Assembly: GCA_963924565.1 (NCBI GenBank)
Contig: OZ004613.1
Location: 25,110,001 to 25,174,000 of the forward strand
Reading direction: 5' to 3'
Source of the DNA: Ascidiella aspersa
Lineage: Eukaryota
DNA: 64,000 nucleotides
In this document: piece by piece, positions 35,648 through 48,719 of the stretch
Layout: each line of letters starts with the position of its first letter
Numbering within the stretch: the stretch's first letter is position 1
Made by a program: the position numbers and the translations under genes
Notes under the pieces: model-generated
Seen by the model: only the letters and a program-made list of their open reading frames with translations
What the model was told of the DNA's origin: nothing
Databases searched by the model: none

Positions 35648-38525
35648 ATGAAGTTATTACTCGTTCTCTTGGCTTGCATTGCAGTAAGTAATTAAAGTAT
35701 TACATTTAGGTATTAAAGGTATCGTCAATGAGATAACGTATTGTTTCTTTGCAGGCCACCAACGCATATCAATGCAACTACTCCTACTACTGCGGACGCA
35801 ACTTCAATGTGTTCCCCTGCTCCTCCTTCTACAGGTTTAGCATCAGTTTCAACAGCGCCTGGTGTTCCACCAAATTCTACCAGCCCATCTTGAAGGTTTA
35901 CCCCGAGGATACTTGCGGACAGCCCGGATGGTCTGGTAAGTAAACGGTAAATGCAACAATTTTTTCTCAAAACAAGAGACTTAAACTTCTCTTGTGTGCA
36001 GAGAAATCCGTCGATGATGTCGTTGAAGAAGTTAAGAACCTCCTCAAGGAGAGTCTTTTCAAGATCTCCAGTGAGATGATTGCCAAGCGTATTGCCTGGT
36101 ACAACGCTCTTTACGAGAAGACCAACGAATACATCGAAGCCTACAAGAAGTTCATCACCATCTACTACGACTACAAGATGTCGTAAGTTACAGAAACACA
36201 ATATTTCTATATCGCTTAAGATTAAGTAATACCGCTTCTAGCATCAGTCAAACAAAGACACTGCTGACTTTTGCTCTCTGTTCGCTTTTAGCTGCGCCAC
36301 TGCTGACAGGGATGCTCTTATCAAGGAGCGTGATGAGAAGATCGCTGAATACACCGCCAAGCTTATCAAAATGAGATACGATGCTTTGGTTGCTTACAAC
36401 ACTTTGCTCAGCAAGAAGCTTCAGATGATCATCGACTTCCACGCCAAGATTGTCGAAAAGTAAGAATTTGAATTTAACTTATGTAAATTTATATCAAATA
36501 ATGCTAAATGGCAAATGATCCCTCCACAGTGCCAAGAAGTGCCTTGAAACTCGTCTCACCAAGATCGCCGAATACAAGACCGCTTTGGAGAAGAGGATCG
36601 CATCTTACGTTGCCAACTTCTGGAAGTTCAAGGTTGCTGTTGCCACCACCAAGACCAGCTACTACAGGACTCTTTTGCAGAACATTTACTGTGAGTTTAT
36701 TCGTTTTTTTACATTTGTTGAATTTCGAATCGTCTTAAACTATTTAAAATACAGCGAATGACATAGTTTTGCTTACCAGGCACTAAGAGCACCACCGACT
36801 ACTACATCAACTACGTTACCTCATACTACTACAACAGCGAACTCAACATTGCTCGTGGATGCATGGCCGAGTACACCGCCAAGCTTAACTCCTACAAGTC
36901 TAAGCTCATCGGATTCTACACTTGCTCTTACCGCTGTTACATGACCAACGGATGCCTCAACTTCTACAAGAAGAGCTACTACAACGGATGGTGCGATTCA
37001 ATAAGTCATATAAGAGTTGTAAAATAGTGTCATATCTAATGTTGTTGTATTTTCAGTGCCTCCCTCGGATGCTGGTATTCCTTCAGCCGCAAATACTGCC
37101 GCGTCGGATTCAACTTGTGTGCTTTCCGTTACTGCTTCAGGGGAATGACTTTCAAGAACTTAAAGACTTGTGGTAAGTTATCTTTAGTTTATCTATTTGT
37201 ATTTTATCAGATGATGTAATGACATTATTTTCTTTCAGATCTCAATGCCCTTCACAAGACCCCCGCTGTGATTGAATCCGAAATGCAGGCCAAGGTTGAC
37301 GAATTCGTCAAATCTTACACCGCTACCTTCGTTGCCTGGAAGCTCAAGTGGATCGGATACCACAACGAATACCTTGAGAAATACGAGGCCATCATCAAGG
37401 AGAGACACGCCTTCATCTACAGAATGAAGTACTCCTACTTCGTGTGCCAGTGAGTTAATTGAACCAAAAACTACCATTATTTATGCTTGAACAAATAGAT
37501 ACTGTTTTAACTGTTTTTATGATACAGGAACGGCAGCACCTACTTGACTTATGCCCAGCGTATGGAGCTCGCCAAACTGAGCGCTGACCTCAAGAAGAAG
37601 CTTGACGATGCCGTCGCTCTCTACAAGGAACAGCTTACCCATAGGCTCATCGAATGCGGGAACACCTTCAACAAGAGCATCGCCGCTTACAAGACCAAGG
37701 CCGCTGAGCTCATCAAGTCCGTCATCGGAAAGTACAGCACATGCCTTAGCAAGAGGGCCGCCTCCATTGCTGCTTACAAGAAGAAGCTCGAAGATGACCG
37801 TGACGCCAAGAGGACCGCTTTCTACAGCGCTATGTGGGATGTAAGTTACAATTTAGATATAACGATATGAAAGTATTATATATTCAACGTATTGCTTTAT
37901 CGCATTGCAGGCCAAGGTCGCCCACTGGAACAAGTACAACGAAATGCTCGAGAAGTTCCACGGACAGTACTACTACAACTTGTATTACGTCTCCCAATCC
38001 CGTTCCGCCTACGCCAACAAGCTTGTCTCTGGCTGCAACGTCGTTATGGCTGAGTTCGATGCTTACTACGCTAAGCTGATCCCCGCCCTTGTCCAGCACT
38101 TCTCTTGCTGCTCCAAGTGCAGAGTCTCTTACTGCTACCCCAGATACATGTTCGGAGGATACCTTCGCTGGAGTGTGTGCTACCCCACCAGCCAGTCCTA
38201 CTGTTACTACTACACCCAGTTCTGGTAAGTATTGCAACTCATATATTAAAGAATTGATTTCTGTTTCGTATTCACAATTATAATTTATATTATTGTAAGT
38301 TGACTTCTTTCTTTTTCAAAGAGCCTATTTCTGTCTTGATTTAGTCACGGAGCGATTTGTAGTTTCCATAAATATATTTATTTCTTCTTTTTGCATGCCT
38401 CAAATCTTGGTGTCGGCCTATACATCATCGAGCTGTGAAATTTAAAAATGTATATTCCTTCATATTACAGCCGTAGCTCCTACTACAAGCTCAGCACCTG
38501 CGGAAACTACTACGTCTACTATTGA
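35648..38525 (+). CDS. Copy 5 of the Tyr/Cys-rich secreted protein gene (apparently intact)
   Basis: ATG 35648, last exon 38471-38525 ending TGA, TATATAA 35571, AATAAA 38635. Exon ORF fragments are near-identical to copy 4. Confidence 0.9.
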
Positions 38526-39374
38526 ACAGAAGTTTAGCTTCCCGGGGAAAAAGGCCCATATCAATTTCCATCTTGAAATGTGTCTCTACCTCGTTGTATT
38601 ACTTCGTGTGATATAATGTTTCTTTCCCCTTCCGAATAAATAAATACAAATAGCATTCAATTTGGTTCTGTATTAAGTTTACTTAATTTAGAACATACAA
38701 TTATCACAAACGGTTTTTAGGAAGCATAGAAATATAACAATTGATAAGTGTTTTATGCGAGATGAATTACAAAAAAAATCTATGATCAAAGTATACTATA
38801 TTACATGCTCAGCCCATTTAGAGTACCTCAAAAACCAAATTGCTTTTAATTGTATTAAGATTGATTTAAATGTTTTAAGATTGACTGTCAAAATTTGTCG
38901 CATCGGAAAACATCATAAACAGTTACCTTTTCAGCTCCAGAATATTGTATTTTTCTTTTTGTGCATTTCCTTGCACCAAATCAAAACAAAAGACATCCTT
39001 GCGAAGTCTTAAATGAAAAGTAAATTTTTGGTTGAGCATCAAACTAACTAAAACCACGTGGGAGAAGCCACATTGATAAACAAAGTGCAGCCTTGTATTA
39101 TAGGCAATGAGAATCTACTGCAAACACAAATTGTTGAGGTTCTAGGGTCAATCAATTTGCTTGTTTTCCCTCCTATGGATCAAAACATTTTCTTTATGTT
39201 TTTTAACTTTGAACGCGAAATATATATACGAACACAATTAATACAGCTTGATAATTAATTGCAAAGCCAAAAAGGTCCAGTAGATCGACATCATCTTGAT
39301 TAGGACGTTTCGATACGAGCTTGTATCATCTTCAGTTAATGTGACTCAGAAGCCATTCAAGCATCACTTATAAG

Positions 39375-39694
39375 CAGGGTTACCATCTGCTCAAACCAAA
39401 AAATAAGCACGCTACTCAAAAAAAGCGCACTACTGAAGACCAGGACTAGATCCAGGATTGCGGGATTACGTGAAATCCATCTTTTAGGAATAATGTCCAT
39501 AAAAAAGTCTCTCACTCCTCCTTTAATGTAATAGATGTGATAAAGAACACTTTTAGAAACTAAAATAAGGCAAACTAAGCACACACCTCTAAAATAAGCA
39601 CGTTTCTTAAAAAACAAGCACAGTTGCGTTTTCTAAGACACTGCACCCAAAAATAAGCATAAATCTTAGAAATAAGCACGGTTTAGCAACCCTG
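39375..39694. mobile_element. Segmentally duplicated copy of MITE 29792-30111
   Basis: Same TIRs and TSD CTTATAAG. Confidence 0.85.
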
Positions 39695-40280
39695 CTTATA
39701 AGAGATGGGAAGCAATTGTTATCAATCAGATTTGGAAAGAAGAAGCATAATTTAGCACCTTGAGGTGTTGAACACGTACTGCGGTGTTGATAAATTGTCG
39801 ACGTTTAGTTCGGGGCTGCAGTCTTGGATAGATAGCGCCTCGAGTAGCCGCAATCTAAAACGTCTGAAGCCCATCCGAGAACTTCGGGTTTGCAAAAATC
39901 AACTTATGCTCGGGATGTTGTAAGATGACTGCCAACCTCTGATTTCGAAATCAGAATGCTAAATTATGATCATACTTTCTAACTCAGACTGTTAACAATT
40001 GCGTTCCATCTTTGATAAGTGATGCTTGAATTGTTTCTCGGTCGCATTAACTGAAGATGATACAAGTCCTAATCAAAATGATGTCGATCTACTCGACCGT
40101 TTTGGCTTTGCAATTTATCATCAAGATCCGTGCATAGTGTACCCAAAAATTAATACAAATTTGGCATATTGTGCAGAAAGTTCTTTGTCAATCATCACAT
40201 GCCGTGTTTTACTTTAGTTTGGTTCGCCATAGGATTTAAGGAACTTGTAAAGATCATGTTGAAATAACATCGAACTAAAT

Positions 40281-40983
40281 CAGGGGTTCAAACCTTTTTT
40301 GTTGCTCGTACACCTTAGTCAGGTCAGGGCATTCTTCGTACCCCAAAAAATTTCTAATGGATTTTTTTTTAGATGTATATTGCTAACTTACATTTCGTTT
40401 AGATCTTAATTAAACGTTAAACAGGTATTTCTCACAATAATCGCAAAAAGAAATTAAACGTCAATTATTTTGTTTGCCACATCTCAGTGAGTTATTTGTT
40501 GCTGCTTTAATGATAAAATTCGCTTAAACGATGGTTCGAGTTTACTCAAGGAAAAATAGGTTATCATATTTAAGATTTTTCATGTATATATTGTTTGTTC
40601 AATACCTCCTGAGGCACAGTCGATTTCTGTGCACCAAATATTTACACTGTATTTTACACTCTAGTTCTAGAGGTGGATAGTAGACCGTTTGTAGCAGATA
40701 TACAGCAAGCCAAATCTTGTGCATTGTTGTTTAATGCTGGCCGAAGCTAAACTCATATTTAGTTCTCAATCTCTTAAAGTCGTACGGCGCTGTTAAAAAA
40801 CGCATGGTTATACGACAATGAGTTTATTTGCTAAATAACAACAATTATTGGTAAAAAAATAAAATAAAAATGTACTGTGAAATCTGTTTGAAAAGCCGCT
40901 CTGTGGCCAAAGGATCTTCGTACCACTTGATGTTTAACCTCGTAACCCCAAGGGGTACAAGTACCCCGGGTTGGGAACTTGTG
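40281..40983. mobile_element. Segmentally duplicated copy of element 30698-31401
   Basis: Same ends and TSD AACTAAAT. Confidence 0.8.
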
Positions 40984-43900
40984 AACTAAATGAATACGAA
41001 ATGTGGGGAACCGAGGTTTATTAAATAGCACTTTTATCAGCAACATGTTATAAACAATTGCTACAAACACACAATGTTGGCACAATCATAACAAAGTTTT
41101 GGACGCAATCTTGTTGGACACAATGTTCCAACATAACGTGACGTCATATGCAATTAACGTTAAACACAACTCTTGTTCTCTATTGAGCACAAATTTGTTT
41201 AATTGATTTGATTGATTTGTTAATTTTGTTTGATTGATTGATTGATTGGCAAACATTCAATTTAAAAGGATATGCGGCGCAGTAGGCACACAAAAGGAGT
41301 CTGAATACTGTCCGAAATAACGGCACTTTTCGCATTCAGACAGTTTTTGAGTCCCACGGCACAACATGACATGATGCATAACGCCTGTAGACTAATTAGA
41401 TTTTCTTTAAACAGACAAAAACATTCTGAAAGGAGTGAAAGTTCACCCAGCTATAATTTTTTCAATTAAAGTTAGTAAAAATAATGTTTGCGGACATAAA
41501 ACAGCTCTATCGCATTTAAAAGCATTTTAACTAACTTGCCTACTTCATATGCAATTATATTGATTCAGCGAAACTGTTAATTGGCATTATTTCTGCCCAC
41601 AGCCGACACTCTGGCCGCAGGTGTAAGCACAATTTTTTAAGATATTTGTTCTTACACATTAAAAACAATTAAACGCGACCGTTTACAAACATTGGGTATG
41701 TGTGGAATTAAAAACATACATTTTAAAAACAATTAGTGTAAGGGCTTTTACAAACACGACAGGTCCGACAAGTCAAATTTAAGTGCAGTCAGTTATGACA
41801 ATAAAAGTTGACTTGCAAGGTATTCAAGCAAACACGTAATCCCGGAAGTAAAATGTGGCCAACATAATTTTATCCCATCTGGAAATAAAAAAGTGCTTAC
41901 TGCTAAAACCGCTGCAAAAAGCGCGATAATCATTTAAAATTTTGCGTGGGTAAACATACTGTAAGAAGCCAATAGGCTTTGACTTAAATCAGCATTTTCT
42001 ATTATGTTGTTTAATCCCAGAAAGTGGATCATTTTGTCTGCCAAGATGAGATCGTGTTTATTTAAGAGCGTCCCTTGGCGCTCGCTTGAAACGCGAGTCA
42101 CCATTGCACACATTGCCTCTCTCTCTTGTTACAAACACCTCACCGTCCGAGTCGCCAAAAAGCCTCAACGTTACTGCCGAACTCGCTGAATCATTGCAAT
42201 TGCACATAGTTGGCACTACCAAGATATTTGTTGTTTTAAGCACATAGGACTGTTTTATCACAAACGAACTAATACAACAAACGATCATAATCGTCGCTCG
42301 TACCTTTGGTGCTATAAAGAGATCAACGCGACTGCGTACAAATTTGTTGCGATTTCCTAATATGTTGGCACTCTTCTGAAAACACACACTCCGCTAATGT
42401 TGTGTTACGAACGTGTGCAAACCCTTACATTTGGCTTGCTGTGGTTGTAGATAACAAACAGCTTTAAACGTTGCTGCAGTAAAGCGGTTTCGTCATTACG
42501 TGAGGCTTTAATATTTTGATGTTAACACAACATATAGCCTAGTGATATATTTGGTGGTACAACGGCGTACGTCCCATTGCAGCTTAACATGCGAAAACAT
42601 AATGCTTTTCTAATTTTTTGTGTAAAAGTGTTCCACCCATTAACATACAATGTACAAAACCTAAAAATATCATAACTTGGTTAAAATAGGTCTTTCCAAA
42701 CTTTTCTGTCTGCAACCCTTTTAATTTATTAAACGTTTTAGCGCCTTGTTTCGTTTCGCGTAATCTAGAAGCAAAACATTTCGTTGTCTGCTAACTTTGG
42801 CCACAGCTTGTTGAAATAATGTAACTCTTAAGGGAATTGGGTTTTCGGGTTAATTTAAAACTTGCCTATGATAAAAAATCATTTTATATGAATGCAACAC
42901 ATGTGTCAAACTAATGATGTGGACCTAATTATGACAGCTTGCATGGCCGCACCACCCAGTTAGGAATCATGGTTTTTAAACTTTGGGATTATGGTTTTAA
43001 TCTAACCCAGAGGGTCTTAAACTTTTTTGTATCTTATGTTTTGCCCTTCTATCAAAGATAAATATCAGATTTACCCCCAATATATAAAATTGTTCTTATT
43101 TAATAAAAATACGAAATTAGCAGATTGCACCAGTTATATTCAGCATTGCTTTTTGGCAACGAGTTGTTTAATGTCTGGTAAAGAAGCAGATAATGTACAA
43201 CGAACATAAGATTCAACATGAAATCGGCATCGTACTTTAGATTTTATGGTAAGCAATCCGGAGAAACCTCATCGGCATAGGTAAGTTAAAGAAACGGAGC
43301 CAGAATATTCAGAGCTTGAATACCTATCCTTGGATTTACCCCCTAAAACGAAGAAATTTACGTCTGTGGGAAAATTTACCACAGGTTAAGAAAGGTTGCT
43401 CTAAACCGAGAGTGTTGCATATGCCGTTCGACACTACATTTTTAGCATGTTTAGTTACCAAGCGGTTAGTCCAATAAAATACGTAGAAAGTCATAGTGCT
43501 ACCCTGTTTTGAAGAGCTGTTTTAAAGCCCTTCATGTAATTGCTAATACGTTCAGCAACCACATATTACTTGTTGTTCTAAGGGATATAGAAATGTTTTC
43601 AGATCATTAAACTAATGCAACAAGTGATGATAGTTGTTTGTACCATGGTGCTTCAAATTGGACAGCGATGCTGCGTCAGATACTTTGTGATGATTTCCTG
43701 TTTTTTGGCATTCATTTAAAAACACACGCTTCGCTAATGTTGTGTTACGGACGTGTGCGAACACTTAATTTGGGTTTGCTGTGGCTGTAGTGAACAAACA
43801 ACTTTAAAGTGCTGTTGTATTTTAGTGATTGAATTGAGTGCCAAAAGCTAGCTAGGCAAGTCGTACGATAGCATTTTAACCGTTAGAGGGCGACTGCATA

Positions 43901-45085
43901 AGTTAGCTTTAATTCATGATTTTCAAAATTTTTTTAATGACTTCCCCCAAATCCAATATTGTTGCTTGATAGTCGACCATTCGTATCCGAAACGCAAACG
44001 CATTAGCCTTTTTTTTCAATTATCTCCTTCTCTGCGAAACTGTAAAAAATTAAGGATCAAAGAATAATTCTGGTATGAGTTTAAACTGTTGCCAAAAATC
44101 AAAATGAGAAAGAAAATGTTATCAAAACTACTAATATAAACTAAATAAAATCAATACAGTTGTAAGCACCGGTTAATTTGAGTTTATTAAAAAATAATAT
44201 TCAGAAGAGTCACGTTGGTTTAAAGCAAATTGCCTTTAACTTCACCACAAGCAAGCCGTCGATATTATGTTTGTCAAATTAAACGACAGGATTTATCTCC
44301 AACAAATGTATACCCTACAGCTAAACCTTGAATTTTCATTAAGTAACTCAAAAACCAATTTTGTATGCAATGTTGCTCATTATGGCTGCATATCAATATA
44401 TACATGTGCATGAATATTTAAAATTAAACCCCAAACTAAACAAATATATATGAGCCAGGTAGCAGTTCAATCAAGCTTGAATTAACAATCGAAAACGTAA
44501 TGACGATCGAGATAAAACTGCGAACGCCACATATATTTTATTTTATTTTACTTAATACCAAGACTGTCAAAGGCTATAACAACAGCAAACAGGGTGATAT
44601 TGTACGTTATTGTCTGTTTAACATTTTCATACCTGTTTGAATCACGCTGTTATGATAATGAATATTCGATCCAAGTACAACATCCGCAATATAAACCACT
44701 TTAGTGTCGCAATAGAAAACCGAGCGCTTTAAGCAAACAGCACATGCAAGGTAAATCAATCAAACTGCCGTAAAAACACAACGACCCGCCACATTGCATT
44801 AACAAACTGCATTAAAGACTAACATGCTTATGCATATAGAACAAGGAAAGAATTGCGGATATAGCTAACGAACGCTCACTGCCCAAATGTTTTGCGAAAC
44901 ACATCCTTGGTAACAGCAAGTTAGTTTGGCCACCGATACAACATGTAGAAAAGAGTTGTTAAGCTATAACAACAACCAATTTGGAATGGCAAACTACTTT
45001 GCTCTGATGAGCGCCAGGCAAAACAATACCACTTCGAGTGCACCATTTGTGTCTTTTGTCCGTGCAACTAAGTCCGGGAAAAGCC

Positions 45086-45092
45086 TATATAA
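45086..45092 (+). promoter_or_regulatory. TATA box of copy 6
   Basis: TATATAA 77 nt upstream of ATG 45163. Confidence 0.7.
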
Positions 45093-45162
45093 CCAGGGAG
45101 ATTTAAACAAGAAATCAGTCCAGTTTCGATTATCCAAGAAGGAAAGTTGAAAAACGACAGCG

Positions 45163-48042
45163 ATGAAGTTATTACTCGTTCTCTTGGCTTGCATTGCAGT
45201 AAGTAATAAACGTACTACATTTGAATAATAAATGTATCGTCAATAAATAACGTATTGTTTCTTTGCAGGCCACCAACGCATATCAATGCAACTACTCCTA
45301 CTACTGCGGACGCAACTTCAATGTGTTCCCCTGCTCCTCCTTCTACAGGTTTAGCATCAGTTTCAACAGCGCCTGGTGCTCCACCAAATTCTACCAGCCC
45401 ATCTTGAAGGTTTACCCCGAGGATACTTGCGGACAGCCCGGATGGTCTGGTAAGTAAACGGTAAATGCAACAAATTTTTCTCAAAACAAGAGACTCAAAC
45501 TTCTCTTGTGTGCAGAGAAATCCGTCGATGATGTCGTTGAAGAAGTTAAGAACCTCCTCAAGGAGAGTCTTTTCAAGATCTCCAGTGAGATGATTGCCAA
45601 GCGTATTGCCTGGTACAACGCTCTTTACGAGAAGACCAACGAATACATCGAAGCCTACAAGAAGTTCATCACCATCTACTACGACTACAAGATGTCGTAA
45701 GTTACAGAAACACAATATTTCTATATCGCTTAAGATTAAGTAATACCGCTTCTAGCATCAGTCAAACAAAGACACTGCTGACTTTTGCTCTCTGTTCGCT
45801 TTTAGCTGCGCCACTGCTGACAGGGATGCTCTTATCAAGGAGCGTGATGAGAAGATCGCTGAATACACCGCCAAGCTTATCAAAATGAGATACGATGCTT
45901 TGGTTGCTTACAACACTTTGCTCAGCAAGAAGCTTCAGATGATCATCGACTTCCACGCCAAGATTGTCGAAAAGTAAGAATTTGAATTTAACTTATGTAA
46001 ATTTATATCAAATAATGCTAAATGGCAAATGATCCCTCCACAGTGCCAAGAAGTGCCTTGAAACTCGTCTCACCAAGATCGCCGAATACAAGACCGCTTT
46101 GGAGAAGAGGATCGCATCTTACGTTGCCAACTTCTGGAAGTTCAAGGTTGCTGTTGCCACCACCAAGACCAGCTACTACAGGACTCTTTTGCAGAACATT
46201 TACTGTGAGTTTATTCGTATTTACATTTGTTGAATTTCGAATCGTCTTAAACTATTTAAAATACAGCGAATGACATAGTTTTGCTTACCAGGCACTAAGA
46301 GCACCACCGACTACTACATCAACTACGTCACCTCATACTACTACAACAGCGAACTCAACATTGCTCGTGGATGCATGGCCGAGTACACCGCCAAGCTTAA
46401 CTCCTACAAGTCTAAGCTTATCGGATTCTACACTTGCTCTTACCGCTGTTACATGACCAACGGATGCCTCAACTTCTACAAGAAGAGCTACTACAACGGA
46501 TGGTGCGATTCAATAAGTCATATAAGAGTTGTAAAATAGTGTCATATCTAATGTTGTTGTATTTTCAGTGCCTCCCTCGGATGCTGGTATTCCTTCAGCC
46601 GCAAATACTGCCGCGTCGGATTCAACTTGTGTGCTTTCCGTTACTGCTTCAGGGGAATGACTTTCAAGAACTTGAAGACTTGTGGTAAGTAGACATTACT
46701 TTTATCGAATTGTATATTATCAGATGATGCAATGACATTATTTTTCTTTCAGATCTCAATGCCCTTCACAAGACTCCCGCTGTGATTGAATCCGAAATGC
46801 AGGCCAAGGTTGACGAATTCGTCAAATCTTACACCGCTACCTTCGTTGCCTGGAAGCTCAAGTGGATCGGATACCACAACGAATACCTTGAGAAATACGA
46901 GGCCATCATCAAGGAGAGACACGCCTTCATCTACAGAATGAAGTACTCCTACTTCGTGTGCCAGTGAGTTAATTGAACCAAAAACTACCATTATTTATGC
47001 TTGAACAAATAGATACTGTTTTAACTGTTTTTATGATACAGGAACGGCAGCACCTACTTGACTTATGCCCAGCGTATGGAGCTCGCCAAACTGAGCGCTG
47101 ACCTCAAGAAGAAGCTTGGCGATGCCGTCGCTCTCTACAAGGAACAGCTTACCCAGAGGCTCATCGAATGCGTGGACACCTTCAACAAGAGCATCGCCGC
47201 TTACAAGACCAAGGCCGCTGAGCTCATCAAGTCCGTCATCGGAAAGTACAGCACATGCCTTAGCAAGAGGGCCGCCTCCATTGCTGCTTACAAGAAGAAG
47301 CTCGAAGATGACCGTGACGCCAAGAGGACCGCTTTCTACAGCGCTATGTGGGATGTAAGTTACAATTTAGATATAACGATATGAAAGTATTATATATTCA
47401 ACATATTGCTTTATCGGATTGCAGGCCAAGGTCGCTCACTGGAACAAATACAACGAAATGCTCGAGAAGTTCCACGGACAGTACTACTACAACTTGTATT
47501 ACGTCTCCCAATCCCGTTCCGCTTACGCCAACAAGCTTGTCTCTGGCTGCAACGTCGTTATGGCTGAGTTCGATGCTTACTACGCTAAGCTGATCCCCGC
47601 CCTTGTCCAGCACTTCTCTTGCTGCTCCAAGTGCAGAGTCTCTTACTGCTACCCCAGATACATGTTCGGAGGATACCTTCGCTGGAGTGTGTGCTACCCC
47701 ACCAGCCAGTCCTACTGCTACTACTATACCCAGTTCTGGTAAGTATTGCAACTCATATATAAATGCATTGATTTCTGTTTCGTATTCACAATTATAATTT
47801 ATATTATTGTAATAAGTTCACTTCTTTCTTTTTCAAAGAGTCTATTTCTGTCTTGATTTAGTCACGGAGCGATTTGTAGTTTCCATTAATATATTTATTT
47901 CTTCTTTTTGCATGCCTCAAATCTTGGTGTAGGCCTATATATCATCGAGCTGTGAAATTTAAAAATGTATATTCCTTCATATTACAGCCGTAGCTCCTAC
48001 TACAAGCTCAGCACCTGCGGAAACTACTACGTCTACTATTGA
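45163..48042 (+). CDS. Copy 6 of the Tyr/Cys-rich secreted protein gene (apparently intact)
   Basis: ATG 45163, last exon 47988-48042 ending TGA, TATATAA 45086, AATAAA 48152. Exon ORF fragments are near-identical to copies 4 and 5. Confidence 0.9.
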
Positions 48043-48719
48043 ACAGAAGTTTAGCTTCCCGGGGAAAGAGGCCCATATAAATTTCCATCTTAAAATGCGT
48101 CTCTACCTTGTTGTATTACTTTGTGTGATATAATGTTCCTTTCCCCTTCCGAATAAATAAATATATATAGCATGAACTTTTCTTTGTGTTTCAGGCAGTC
48201 GAGGAATATTTTTTTAAATATACTCATTTTTTTCTATAATTGCCAATACCTCTAGTTGCACATTGCCGGTAATCAAAAATCCGTTAAAAAACAACATCCC
48301 AAATCCATGTTTTAAATATTTGCTTGGAATTTTACGTATAGGCCAACAGTTTTAACATGTTTGGTTAACCACAGCCGCATTCCTAAAATGGTTTGATACT
48401 TTTTTTACTGTTAAGCGAGCTAATAAATGTTGGCCGGAAAAACGAAGAATTCACAACCGGACTACCATACGACAAACGCATTCTTTTCTATCGACAAGAA
48501 TTCTCATACGAAACACATACGCTTTTCACGATTTAATAACACTGTATCATTCAATCATTGCTGGAAACAACTGCATAAATCGCATGACCAAACGTAACCG
48601 CGCCACAAATAACCGAAACTGAACAGCAACACGCAAAATCAGCTTTAGAGCAATTTGGAATGGTCGATTGCTCGACGTTGAACTTTATTCTGATTTTCCC
48701 AACGTCAAGCTGCCATTCT

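Larger units (their letters stand above)
28700..48170 (+). repeat. Two direct ~9.5-kb segmental units, each an intergenic region plus one gene copy
   Basis: Offsets of 9574 (29181/38755), 9583 (30443/40026) and 9515 (35648/45163); both units carry the same MITEs and differ by small indels. Confidence 0.9.
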
